Shown here: positions 43,500 to 56,015 of the stretch, piece after piece
Position numbering within the stretch: the stretch's first letter is position 1
How the letters are laid out: each line of letters opens with the position of its first letter
Assembly: GCA_963717935.1 (NCBI GenBank)
Contig: CAVQXP010000004.1
Coordinates: 1,266,240 to 1,330,239 of the forward strand
Source of the DNA: Candidatus Eiseniibacteriota bacterium
Lineage (GTDB): Bacteria > Eisenbacteria > RBG-16-71-46
Direction: 5' to 3'
DNA: 64,000 nucleotides
Program-made: the position numbers and the translations under genes
The notes under the pieces: generated by a model
What the model saw: only the letters and a program-made list of their open reading frames with translations
The model's database searches: none
What the model was told of the DNA's origin: nothing

Positions 43500-44749
43500 A
43501 TGGCAGATCCTGAGTTCGCCGCGTGATGGTCACGGGCGTCGGCGTGGTGTCGCCGCTCGGCAAGGACATCGAGACGCTCTGGTCGAACCTCGTCGCGGGG
43601 GTTTCGGGCGCAGGCCCCATCACCCGCTTCGACGCATCGGCCATGGACAGCCGCATCGCCTGTGAGGTGAAGGACTTCTCGACCGAGGGCGTGCTGGACC
43701 GCAAGGACGCCAAGCGGATGGACCGCTTCGTGCAGTTCGCGGTCGTGGCCGCCCACGGGGCCATGCAGTGGGCGCGGCTGGACCCGGACGCGGTGGACCG
43801 CGACCGGGTCGGCGTCGTGATCGGCTCCGGCATCGGCGGGATGGAGACGTTCGAGTCCCAGCACCGGATCCTGCTCGAGAAGGGGCCCGGCCGGGTCAGT
43901 CCCGTACTTCATCCCGATGATGATCCGGACATGGCGGCCGGACAGGTCTCGATCCAGTTCGGCCTCCGCGGGCCGAACTTCGGCACGGTCTCGGCGTGCG
44001 CCTCGGGGGCGCACGCGATCGGCGAGGCCCTCCGGCTCCTGCGAGCCGGTGACGCGGACGTGATGATCTGTGGTGGCGCGGAGTCCACCATCACACCCAT
44101 GGCGATCGCCGGCTTCTGCTCGGCGCGCGCCCTCTCCACTCGAAACGACGACCCACAGCGGGCCAGCCGTCCCTTCGATCGCGATCGGGACGGTTTCGTG
44201 ATCGGCGAAGGCGCCGGCGTGCTCGTGCTCGAGACCGAGGAGCACGCCCGGCGCCGCGGAGCGCCGATCCTGTGCGAGCTCGCCGGCTACGGAGCCTCGG
44301 CGGACGCCTACCATCTGACCGCACCATCGGAGGATGGGAACGGCGCCGCGCGCGCCATGCGGCGCGCGCTCCAGGACGCGGGCCTCGCTCCCGAGGACGT
44401 GGACTACATCAATTCCCACGGGACCTCGACACTCGCCGGTGACCCGGTCGAGGTGCAGGCCGTGAAGTCCGTCTTCGGCGAGCATGCCCACCACCTGATG
44501 ATGAACTCGACCAAGTCCATGACTGGCCACCTGCTGGGTGCGGCCGGGGGACTCGAGGCGGCGATCACCGCGTCTGGTGCTGGCGCGCGGGGTCGTCCCA
44601 CCTACGATCAACCTGGAACATGCGGATCCTCGATGCGACCTCGATTTCGTTCCCAATCAGGCTCGGACGCAAGCGTCCGGGCAGCCGTCTCGAACTCGTT
44701 CGGGTTCGGGGGGCACAACGCGACCCTGGTGCTGAAGGTGGCGAAGTAG
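43500..44749 (+). CDS. fabF: Beta-ketoacyl-ACP synthase II (indels)
   Basis: [43 protein letters not shown]. Confidence 0.93.
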
Positions 44750-44819
44750 GGCCCCGCTCGCGCCGCGGCCGCGGCCGTCGTCGTCGTCCCCGGCCGTCCC
44801 AGCCGCCGCTCCGCCGCTC

Positions 44820-46376
44820 GTGGTGGAGCTGGCTCAGCGGCCTGTTCGTCCGGCCCCGTACGGCCGGCGGGCGCGCCATCCGTCGCGGCGCGGCAGCGAG
44901 TCGTTCGACCAGCAGGAGGCCCGCGCCATCGCGGAGTTCTCCCGCCACTTCCAGATCACCTTCCACGATCCGGAACTGCTCCGGCTGGCGCTCACGCACC
45001 GCTCGTACCTGAGCGTGACCGGCATGGGCCCGCGCGAGTCCAACGAGCGGCTGGAGTTCCTGGGCGACTCCGTGCTCGGCCTGGTGACCAGCGAGTACCT
45101 CTACCGGCAGCTCCCCGACGAGCACGAGGGCCAGCTCACGAAGACCAAGTCGCTCCTGGTCTCGAAGGCCATCCTGTTCGCGCAGGGCGCTGCTCGATGG
45201 GGCTTGGCCGCTTCGTCCTCATGAGCCACTCCGAGGTCGAATCGGGCGGCCGGCAGCGGCTCTCGATCCTGGCCGACGCCTTCGAGTCGGTGCTGGGCGC
45301 CATCTACCTCGACCAGGGCTTCGAGGAGGCGCGGCGAGTTCATCGAGTACTGGCTGCTGCGCGGCTCGCGCGAGATCGTGGCGGACAAGCGCCACCGCAA
45401 CTACAAGAGCCAGCTGCAGGAGTACGTGCAGAGCACGTTCCGCACGCACCCCGTGTACCGCATCCGCAGCCAGATGGGCCCGGACCACTCGAAGCTCTTC
45501 CTGGTGGAGGTGATGGTCGGGCGGCGGGCGTTGGGTGAGGGGCGTGGCACCGAACAAGAAGGAGGCCGAGCAGGCCGCGGCGCGCGACGCCCTGGAGCGG
45601 GTCGAGCGGCCCGGCGCAGCGCCGCGGCGAGGAGCGCGGAGCCGCGCGAGGCGCGAGCGGACCGCGAGCCGCGGGAGGCGACGTGAGCCGCGGGAGGGAC
45701 GCGAGCCGAGGGAGGGACGTGAATCCCGCGAGGAGCCCCGCGAGTCCGGCGAGCCGCGCGAGGTGCGGAGGAGCCGCGGCCGGATCGCGAGTCCCGGGGA
45801 GTCCGCGAGGCACGCCGGGAGCCGCGCGAGGCCCCCGTGGTTCCGGCGGCGCCGGAACGCGAGTCGGCCGGCTCGGATCGCGAGGGGTTCCGCAAGGCGG
45901 CGGGGTGGCCGCGGCCGCCGTGGGCGGGGCGACGATGAGGCCGACTGCGGCCGAGCCGGTGGTCCGCGCGCGTCGAGCCGGTGGTCGAGCGGATTGGGCG
46001 GCCTGCGGAAGTGGAGCCGCCTCTCAGCGTCTACGAGGAGGACGACATCGAGGAGATCGGCCGGCCGGAGGGGCCGCTCGACGAACGCCACATCGACCCC
46101 TTTGGCATTGGTGCCGCCGAGGAGCCGGTGCTGGCGGTGGAATCCCCGGATCTCGTGGACGAGCCCTGGATCGAGGTGGATCCCGCGCCATCCTGGGAGC
46201 CATCCGACGTCCGCCAGGAGGAGTCCGCGACCGATCGCTTCGAGGGCGAGCCCGGGGCCGAGCCGCAGGCCGAAGAGGGGGCCGAGGAGGACGCGCCAGG
46301 TCCGGGTGCGACGCCGTCGAAGCCTGGACCCGTGGCTGAGCCGCGCTACGGGCGCCGCCGCGCGCGCCGTCGCTGA
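44820..46376 (+). CDS. rnc: Ribonuclease III with long low-complexity C-terminal extension (indels; boundaries approximate)
   Basis: ALTHRS, NERLEFLGDSVLG, ADAFESVLGAIYLD; dsRBD NYKSQLQE...KKEAEQAAA; then EPREGR repeats and an acidic tail. Confidence 0.85.
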
Positions 46377-46389
46377 CGGACGAACCGAA

Positions 46390-46431
46390 AACACGGACGG
46401 GCGGCGAGGACTCCTGCCGCCCGTCCGTGTT
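46390..46431 (+). terminator. Intrinsic terminator-like hairpin after the fab-rnc operon
   Basis: AACACGGACGGGCGGC...GCCGCCCGTCCGTGTT followed by GTT. Confidence 0.75.
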
Positions 46432-46526
46432 GTTGGCGCCGGGACGGTCTCCCGTGCTGGAAGACCGTGGGGGCCAACTGCTCCCCGGGGACGTGGGGAG
46501 TGAGCGGGCCCTGGCGCTTCGGTATT

Positions 46527-46647
46527 ATGAAAGCGAGGGGCTTGCGCCCCTCGCTTCAAGACTGTCGTCACGCACATTCAAGACAGGCCCCTCGGATCTT
46601 CCGTGTCCGTCATGCGGTGACGACAGAAACTGAATCAGTCTGTCGTC
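46527..46647 (-). ncRNA. Candidate sigma54-dependent small RNA (about 120 nt)
   Basis: Lies between a -24/-12 promoter and a GCAA-tetraloop terminator; structured; no convincing ORF. Confidence 0.55.
46531..46556 (-). terminator. Terminator hairpin of the candidate sRNA
   Basis: Minus strand AAGCGAGGGGC-GCAA-GCCCCTCGCTT then TCATAAT. Confidence 0.7.
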
Positions 46648-46658
46648 TCAGTCGTATC

Positions 46659-46673
46659 GCATACCGGATGCCA
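46659..46673 (-). promoter_or_regulatory. sigma54 -24/-12 promoter
   Basis: TGGCATCCGGTATGC (GG-N10-GC). Confidence 0.65.
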
Positions 46674-46794
46674 TCGCCCGAATCCGTTGGCGCTGGAATC
46701 ATATCTTGCTCTCCAGCAACGGATTAGATGGCGTGATCCTGGGGCGCTTCGAGGATCCTGGCCGGAAGCGACTGCGGATGCGGTTGAGACGAAT

Positions 46795-46892
46795 GCGACA
46801 TAGTGTCGCGTATTCGGCGATTGCGATTGTGAACTGCCCAGAGCCACTTCCTGAACCGGGACAGATTGGCGTCGGTTCGTGACAGAATGTCG

Positions 46893-46893
<1 letters not shown>
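46795..46893. promoter_or_regulatory. Three palindromic enhancer-like (UAS) sites GNGACA-N3-TG(T/G)CG(C/T)
   Basis: GCGACAtagTGTCGC 46795-46809, GGGACAgatTGGCGT 46858-46872, GTGACAgaaTGTCGC 46879-46893. Confidence 0.55.
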
Positions 46894-48317
<1,424 letters not shown>

Positions 48318-48415
48318 GGGCTCCCATGATGCGCGTGGGCCTCCCGCGGCGCAAACCGCGGGACCGGGGGGCAGGCTGGCCGCTGCCGCGCGGCGCGTGC
48401 TAGGCTCTCCGGGTG

Positions 48416-50148
48416 ATGGCTTCCGTCGCGCGCGTCCTCAGCCTCATCCTCCTCGCGGCCGCGACGGCGGGGCAGCCCTCAGGGGCGGCCGAGGCCCCTG
48501 CCGTCCCCGGACCTGGCGCTGCCGTGCCCGGTGCGGGGGCCCCAGCCGTGGGCCCCGCACCGGGCGACCCCGCGGCGCTCAGCCGCTACCTCTCCGGGCG
48601 GCTCCTGGAAGAGCGCGGGATGGAAGTGGACGCGCTCGAAGAGTACCTGCAGGCCCTGCGCCTGGACCCCGGGCGGTCGGGATCGAACTCCGGGTGAGCG
48701 AGGTCGCCGCCCGGCTCGGTGAATCGCAGCGCTCTCTCGAGTACGCCGGGCGCGTGCTGGAGCACGACCCCGGCAACGCACGGCCCTCTGGCTCCAGGGC
48801 AGCGCGCTGTTCAGCCTGGGCCGGCCGTGGGAGTCCCTGGAGGCGCTCCGGGCGGCCGTGGCCGCCGATTCGCAGCAGGCGGACTACTGGAGGACGCTGG
48901 CCCGCGTGGCCGAGTCGCTCGATCAGGTCGAGCTGATGGCCACGGGCTGGCGCCATGCCGTCGAACTCGACGACGGCGACGGCGAGGCCTGGTTCCAGTT
49001 GGCCGCGGTCGAGGCCCGGCGGGGCCACTTCGAGGCCGCCGATTCGATGCTGGCGGAGGCCATGGCCCTCAATCCGGTGCGCCCGGGCGCGCTGTTCCTC
49101 GCCGGCTGGATCCAGGATGGCCTCGGGCACCCCGCCGAAGCCATGGGGCTCTACCGCCAGCATCTGGAGCGTCCACCCGGGGGACCAGGCCACGCGCCGG
49201 CGTCTGGTGAACCTGCTCGCGGACGCGGGGAGGCATGCCGAGGCCTACAGGGAGGCCGTCATCGTGCGGCGGGCGCAGCCCGACGACCCGGACGCGATCG
49301 GCGTCGAGGCCGACCTGGCGCTGCGCGTCGGTCATGTGGCGCAGGCCGACGAACTGCTCGATCAGCTGATCGGGAGCCGATCCGGCCGACCCCGCGCGCG
49401 TGGCGCAGGCGGCCGGCATCCTGGTGCAGCGGGGACGCGGGCGCGAGGCCGTGGCGCGGACCGAGGACTGGGCCCGGAGCCGCACCGCGGACTATCGCGG
49501 CCCGCTGCTGGTGGCCCAGGTCCGCTCGGACGACGGGCGATACGGCCGGGGCCGTAGCGAGCCGCGCGGCGCGCCGTCGAGATGGTGCCCGGACTCGCTG
49601 ACGCCCCGTTTCGTGCTGGGTGGGCTGCTGCAGGCGTATGGCCGATTCGCCGCGGCCGAATCCGTGTGGGCGGATCTGGCGCACCGCGGCCGGGCTCCCG
49701 TCCGGGCGGGGCTGCAGCTGGCCTATTGCCGCGAGCCGCTGGGCGACGTGGACGGCGCGGTGAGAGCGGTCCGCGACGTGCTCGCCCGCGAGCCCGACAA
49801 CAGCTCGGCGCTCAACACCCTGGGCTATCTCTTCGCCGATCACGGACCGCGATCTGGCCGAAGCCGAGGACCTGGTGCGGCAGGGCCCTGGCGCAGGAGC
49901 CGGACAACGGCGCCTACCTGGACTCGATGGGTTGGGTCTACTATCGGCTGGGCCGGCTGGCCGAGGCACGCCGGGACCTCGAGCGGGCGGTCGAGCTGAC
50001 CAACGGGGATCCGGTGGTCAGGGAGCACCTGGGAGACGTCTACAAGGACCTGAACCTCATCGAGTTGGCGAGGGAGCAGTACGCGCGGAGCCTGCGCCAG
50101 GACCAGGGCAATGCCAGGGTCCGGGCCAAGCTGTCGGAGTTGCGCTGA
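48416..50148 (+). CDS. Exported tetratricopeptide-repeat protein (indels)
   Basis: Signal peptide; TPR motifs such as ALNTLGY, AYLDSMGWVYYRLG, EHLGDVY across frames. Confidence 0.8.
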
Positions 50149-50189
50149 CCGCATGGAACCCCATTTCCCGGGCGGGGTAGGAACGATGG

Positions 50190-50825
50190 GTGAGGAGCCT
50201 GTTGCCGACTGATCGCGACGCATCGGCGCCTCCGATCCTGAGCCTCTCGGACGAGGATCTCATGGACCGGGTGGCGGTGGACGACCAGAAGGCGTTCCCC
50301 GAGCTCGTGCGCCGTTTTCAGGGCCGGGTCACCAATCTGGTGAGCCGGATCCTGAACGATCGGGAGTGCGCCGACGACCTGGCGCAGGAAGTCTTCGTGC
50401 GGGTGTTCGTGCACCGCCGAAACTACCGGCACGGGTCGAAGTTCTCGACCTGGCTCTTCACGATCGCCGCCAACCTCGCGAAGAACGAGATCCGGCGGCG
50501 GGTCCGTAGACGCAACTGGTTCAGTCTGGATGCGCTGGAAGAGACGCTGAAGGACCGCGCGATCCAACTCGCGGATTCGACGGAGAGCCAGGAGACGACG
50601 CTCGAGCGGGAGCAACTCCAGGCCGCCGTGGGGCGGGCGATCGCGACGGTGCCGGAGAAATACCGGCTGGCCCTGGTCCTGCGGGACATCGAGGGTCTGC
50701 CTTACGAGGAGATCGCACAGGTGCTGGGCATCCCGGGCGGGACGGTGCGCTCGCGCATCAACCGCGCTCGGGGCATGCTCAAGCACAAGCTCCAACCGCT
50801 ACTCGCGAAAGCAGGAGACTCATGA
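50190..50825 (+). CDS. ECF sigma factor (RpoE-like)
   Basis: DLAQEVFVRV, FSTWLFTIAAN, YEEIAQVLGIPGGTVRSRINRAR. Confidence 0.93.
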   Translation: MRSLLPTDRDASAPPILSLSDEDLMDRVAVDDQKAFPELVRRFQGRVTNLVSRILNDRECADDLAQEVFVRVFVHRRNYRHGSKFSTWLFTIAANLAKNEIRRRVRRRNWFSLDALEETLKDRAIQLADSTESQETTLEREQLQAAVGRAIATVPEKYRLALVLRDIEGLPYEEIAQVLGIPGGTVRSRINRARGMLKHKLQPLLAKAGDS

Positions 50826-51409
50826 TCTGCGACCGGGCCCGGCGGCTCTTCGGGGCCTGCTGGGATGACGAGCTCACGCAGGCCGAGCGGGATGGGCTCG
50901 AGGGCCACCTCGCGTCGTGTCCGCGGTGCCGGGCGGAGTACGACGAGTTCTCTCGCGCCCTCGAGTTGGCGGCCTCGCTGCCCAGGATCGAGGCGTCCGC
51001 CGATCTCATGGACCGGGTGCTGGCACGCTCGCGCCGCGCCACGACCGCGCCGGACATCGTCCGTGAGGCCGGCGCGCGCTGGGTGCCCGTTGCCGCGGCG
51101 GTCGCGGGCGCCGTACTCGTGGTCGCACTCGTGCTCGTCGGGTCCCGCCTCCAGTGGAGAGCTCCCGCATCGAGCCTGCCTCCCCAGATGGTCGTGATCA
51201 ATGAGCCACGGGAGCCCGTTCTCGTGCCGAAGCCCAGCGCGAAGCCGGGGGAGCGCCGTCCGGAGACTTCCCGGGGGAACCCCGAGAGCCTGTTCGACCC
51301 CGACAAGAACGTCGAGTTCATCCTCGACCCAGTCAAGCTGCATCGCGGCCGCGCCACGGTGAACAGGCGGCCTGACGCCGAGGGACAGCAAGCGACCATC
51401 ACCTTCTAG
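50822..51409 (+). CDS. Zinc-finger (zf-HC2) transmembrane anti-sigma factor
   Basis: HLASCPRC, one TM helix, translationally coupled to the sigma gene. Confidence 0.88.
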   Translation: MICDRARRLFGACWDDELTQAERDGLEGHLASCPRCRAEYDEFSRALELAASLPRIEASADLMDRVLARSRRATTAPDIVREAGARWVPVAAAVAGAVLVVALVLVGSRLQWRAPASSLPPQMVVINEPREPVLVPKPSAKPGERRPETSRGNPESLFDPDKNVEFILDPVKLHRGRATVNRRPDAEGQQATITF

Positions 51410-51427
51410 AAGAAGGCATCTGCCGGG

Positions 51428-52561
51428 ATGACGACGCAGGGCCATCGCGCGGCGCGCCGGGCGGCCTGGCTGGCCGGCGTTTTCGTGTTGCTCCTCGCTC
51501 CGGCTGCCCGCCCCCAGGGCGCGCCATCCCCTCTGTCGGTGAACGTGGATGAGATCGCGAACCGGGCCGGGCGCAGCGTGGTCACGGTCTTCGCCCAGCG
51601 CACGGAGACCCAGGCCAAGCCCAGCGCCAGGCGACCCGCGAGCAGCGTGCACACCCGGGTCGGTTCGGGCGTGGCGGTGGAGGAGAGCGTCATCCTCACC
51701 ACCGCGAGCGTCGTGCTGGGCGCCGAGCGCATCTTCGTGCGCACCTCCAACGGCCTCCAGGTCGAGGCGCAGCCGGTGGGCCTGGATTTCGTCTTCAACG
51801 TGGCCCTGCTCCGCGTGCCGGACCTGCGGCTTCCGCACCTGCGACCCGCCCGGCGCCCGGCCCAACTCGGCGACCGGGTGATCGCGGTGGGGACCTCGTA
51901 CCGGGCGCAGTCCACGCAGTCGGTCGGCACGGTCGAGTACGTCTACCGGGAGCCACGCACCTCGCTCCTGCAGCTCACCAACATCGTCTACCCCGGCAAC
52001 AGCGGCGGAGCGGTGCTCGACACCCAGGGCGAGTTGGTGGGCATCGTGCAGGGGGAATTGGGCTCGCCCGACCCCGGCGCGGGCGGGAGCATCGACCGCC
52101 GTCCGAGCGGCATGAGCTTCATCATGCCCATCCAGCAGGTGTGGCCCGTCTACGAGAGCCTCAAACGCGACGGGCGTGTGCGCCACGGCTATCTGGGCGT
52201 GAGCACGCGGGCGGAGGTGGTGCGGAGCGAGATCGACAACGCGGACGTGGGACTCGGTGCCCGGGTCGAGAACGTGCAGGCCGGCGGCCCGGCGGCGCGC
52301 GTGGGACTCAAGCCCCAGGATCTCATCGTGGGCTTCGAGAGCGAGCGGGTCGAGTATCCGGAGCAACTGGCCCGCTGGGTGGCCGAGACGCCGCCGGGGA
52401 CGGTCGTGGCGCTGGTCTGGGTCCATGGCGATGAGCGGCGCTCCGGCCGCGTGAGCCTGGTGGAAGCGCGTGACTCGCTGCCCGCGTGGGCGCTGGGCGG
52501 TCTGCGCTGGGCCCCGGTGCCGAGTCCGGCGCCTGCCACGGGCGGCGGCCCCCGGCGCTGA
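51428..52561 (+). CDS. HtrA/DegP-like S1C-PDZ protein with degenerate catalytic triad
   Basis: GSGV, PGNSGG, GYLGV plus PDZ; His and Asp positions substituted. Confidence 0.85.
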   Translation: MTTQGHRAARRAAWLAGVFVLLLAPAARPQGAPSPLSVNVDEIANRAGRSVVTVFAQRTETQAKPSARRPASSVHTRVGSGVAVEESVILTTASVVLGAERIFVRTSNGLQVEAQPVGLDFVFNVALLRVPDLRLPHLRPARRPAQLGDRVIAVGTSYRAQSTQSVGTVEYVYREPRTSLLQLTNIVYPGNSGGAVLDTQGELVGIVQGELGSPDPGAGGSIDRRPSGMSFIMPIQQVWPVYESLKRDGRVRHGYLGVSTRAEVVRSEIDNADVGLGARVENVQAGGPAARVGLKPQDLIVGFESERVEYPEQLARWVAETPPGTVVALVWVHGDERRSGRVSLVEARDSLPAWALGGLRWAPVPSPAPATGGGPRR

Positions 52562-52645
52562 GGCTCGGCGGCGGCCGCGGCGGCTGCGCTGCAGCACGCC
52601 AGGGCCGCCTTCGTGCCCGCCGCGCGGACCCCTATACTGCCTCGC

Positions 52646-53749
52646 ATGGCCGATCTGCTGCTGCGTTATCCCGCCACCCGCGTCCGCTCCCGGGTGCGCA
52701 TCGCGCGCGGTGGCCTCGACGGACTTGGTGCCTTCGTGCGGGCGGCCACCGGCGCCCGGCACGTCGTGACGGTGAGCGATGCTCGAGTGGCTCGGCTCTA
52801 CGGCGCGCGGGCCCTGCGCTCGCTGCGGGCCGCGGGGTGCGCCGCCGACCTGTTGCGCGTGCCCCCGGGCGAGTCCTCGAAGAGTCCCCGGCGCCTCGCC
52901 TGGCTGTGGGAACGCTGCGCGGCGCTGGGTCTCGACCGGGGCGGCGCGGTGGTCGCCCTTGGAGGTGGTGTCACAGGCGACCTCGCTGGCTTCCTCGCTG
53001 CCACGTACCTGAGGGGCGTGCCGTGGGTGGACGTGCCGACTTCTCTCCTGGCGCAGGTGGACAGCGGTGTGGGGGGCAAGACCGCGGTGAATCTGGCGGC
53101 CGGGAAGAACCTGGCGGGAGCCTTCCACCAGCCGGCCGGTGTGCTCGTGGACCCGGACGTTCTGGGGACGCTGCCCGTCCGTCATCGCCGGGCGGGGCTC
53201 GCCGAGGTCGTGAAGCTGGGGCTTGCAGCGGACGCGCGGCTCTTCGCCTGGCTCGAGCGACACGCCGACGCGCTCGCGGCCGGCGAGTCGCAGGCCCTTG
53301 CCGGGGCCGTGGCCCGCTCGATCCGGGTCAAGGCCCGCGTGGTGCTCGCCGACGAGCGGGAGCGCGAGAGGGGACCGCGCGCCGCGCTCAATCTGGGACA
53401 CACGACCGGGCACGCGCTCGAGGTCGTGACGGGCTATCGTGTTCTGTTGCATGGAGAAGCGGTAGCGCTGGGGTTGCGGGTGGCCACGGCGCTCTCGGTG
53501 CGTGAGGCGGATCTGCCGCTGGAGGACCGGATTCGCCTGGAGGTGTTGCTCGATCTCTTCGGCCTGCCCTGGAAGCTGCCTCCGGTCCCCGTGGCGCGCC
53601 TGCTCGAGGCCATGCGGTGCGACAAGAAGCGCTCAGCGCGAGCGATCCGGTGGGTATTGACGCCCCGGATAGGCCATGCTAGCGTCCCGCGCCTGATTTC
53701 CGGGCGGCTGGTGCGTGCCGCCCTGCTGGAGGCCGGAGCCGTGGGATGA
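52646..53749 (+). CDS. aroB: 3-dehydroquinate synthase
   Basis: GGGVTGDLAGF, QVDSGVGGKT, LNLGHT.GHA, LLHGEAV. Confidence 0.95.
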   Translation: MADLLLRYPATRVRSRVRIARGGLDGLGAFVRAATGARHVVTVSDARVARLYGARALRSLRAAGCAADLLRVPPGESSKSPRRLAWLWERCAALGLDRGGAVVALGGGVTGDLAGFLAATYLRGVPWVDVPTSLLAQVDSGVGGKTAVNLAAGKNLAGAFHQPAGVLVDPDVLGTLPVRHRRAGLAEVVKLGLAADARLFAWLERHADALAAGESQALAGAVARSIRVKARVVLADERERERGPRAALNLGHTTGHALEVVTGYRVLLHGEAVALGLRVATALSVREADLPLEDRIRLEVLLDLFGLPWKLPPVPVARLLEAMRCDKKRSARAIRWVLTPRIGHASVPRLISGRLVRAALLEAGAVG

Positions 53750-54190
53750 GCGCCAAGGTGAAGCGAATCCTCGTCCTGCACGGACCGAACCTCAACACGC
53801 TGGGGACCCGGGAACCGGCCGTCTATGGCCGGTCGACCTTGGACGACATCCACGGCCTCCTCGAGGCCCTCGCCCTGCACCTGGGGTGCGAGGTCGAGTG
53901 CCGGCAGACCAACCACGAGGGTGTGCTGATCGACGCACTTCACTCGGCGAAGGGCAGCGCGGACGGGGTCGTCCTCAACCCGGGCGGGCTGACCCACACG
54001 AGCGTGGCCTTGAGGGACGCGGTGTTGGCCGCCGGGGTCCCCGTGGTCGAGGTGCACCTGAGCAATCCCCACGCACGCGAGACGTTTCGGCACATTTCAC
54101 TGATCTCCGGGGCCGCCGTCGGGGTGGTCCAGGGATTCGGCCCGGCGGGCTACGAATTGGCACTGCGCGGGCTGGTGGGAGTCCTCTCCC

Positions 54191-54204
<14 letters not shown>
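53746..54204 (+). CDS. aroQ: Type II 3-dehydroquinate dehydratase
   Basis: HGPNLNTLGTREP.VYG, NPGGLTHTS, EVHLSN. Confidence 0.96.
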
Positions 54205-54775
<571 letters not shown>

Positions 54776-54806
54776 GCCCGGACCGGGCGCACGAAGGGTG
54801 CCGTTC

Positions 54807-56015
54807 ATGAACATCCGCCCCGTACTCGAGAAGATGATCGCGGCCCACGCCAGTGACCTGCATCTCAAGGCCGGGACCGCGCCCGTAGTGCGCGTGGATG
54901 GTGTTCTCTACACCCTCGATGAGAGTTCGCCGTCGGCGCCCGAGTTGCGCGACGTGGTGGACCAACTGCTCAACGACGAGCAGCGGCTCTACTTCTCCAC
55001 CCACAGCGAGATCGACTTCGCCTTCGGCGTCTCGGGCCTGGCCCGCTTCCGCGCCAACTGTTTCATGCAGCGCGGCACGCCCGCCCTGGCCCTGCGTCAC
55101 GTGCCGGTCGAGGTGCCGAGCATCGAGGACCTGACGCTGCCCCCGGTGGTGCGCGAGCTGGCGTTCTCGCCGCGCGGGCTGGTGCTGGTCACCGGGCGCA
55201 CCGGCTCGGGCAAGTCCACGACGCTGGCGGCCATGATCGATGCCGTCAACCGGGTCACGACGCGCAACATCATCACCATCGAGGACCCCATCGAGTTCCT
55301 GCACCGCGACCGCCTGTCCTTCATCCACCAGCGCGAGGTGGGCCTGGACACGCGCTCGTTCCACGACGGCCTCAAGTACGTGCTTCGCCAGGACCCGGAC
55401 GTCATCCTGGTGGGTGAGATCCGCGACCTGGAGACGATGAGCACCACGCTCATGGCGGCGGACACCGGGCACCTGGTGCTCTCGACCCTGCACACCACGG
55501 ACGTCGTGCAGACGCTGCAGCGCATCATCTCCTTCTATCCGCCGCACCAGCACGACGAGCTGCGGCTGTCCATGGCCTCGAACCTGCGGGCGGTGATCTC
55601 CCAGCGCCTCATCCCGCGGCGCGATGGCGCCGGCCGTGTGCCGGCGATCGAGGTCATGACCGGCACGCCGACGGTGCGCGAGTACATCCTGAACCCGGAG
55701 AAGACCCAGCTGCTGCGCGCCCTGATCGCCGAGGGGATGACCCAGTACGGGATGCAGACCTTCGACCAGTCCATCATGGGCCTGCTGCGCGAGGGCCTGA
55801 TCAGCGAGGAAGAGGCGCTCAAGAACGCCAACAACCCGAACGAGCTGGCGCTCAAGCTCAAGGGCATCGACGCTTCCTCCGACCGCACCTGGCAGCCGGT
55901 CCAGGCGAACGCGTCCCCGGCCGAGGCGAAGCCGGCTGGCGATACCCTCGCCAGCAGCGGCGGCGCTCCGCGCAGCGCCGCAGTCGCCCCACCCAGCGAG
56001 GGCTTCCTGAACTGA
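54807..56015 (+). CDS. Type IV pilus retraction ATPase (PilT/PilU family)
   Basis: [57 protein letters not shown]. Confidence 0.93.
   Translation: MNIRPVLEKMIAAHASDLHLKAGTAPVVRVDGVLYTLDESSPSAPELRDVVDQLLNDEQRLYFSTHSEIDFAFGVSGLARFRANCFMQRGTPALALRHVPVEVPSIEDLTLPPVVRELAFSPRGLVLVTGRTGSGKSTTLAAMIDAVNRVTTRNIITIEDPIEFLHRDRLSFIHQREVGLDTRSFHDGLKYVLRQDPDVILVGEIRDLETMSTTLMAADTGHLVLSTLHTTDVVQTLQRIISFYPPHQHDELRLSMASNLRAVISQRLIPRRDGAGRVPAIEVMTGTPTVREYILNPEKTQLLRALIAEGMTQYGMQTFDQSIMGLLREGLISEEEALKNANNPNELALKLKGIDASSDRTWQPVQANASPAEAKPAGDTLASSGGAPRSAAVAPPSEGFLN

Noticed and set aside
46693-46710. Plus-strand sigma54 promoter TGGAATCATATCTTGC
   Set aside because: GG-GC spacing is 11 nt rather than the required 10.
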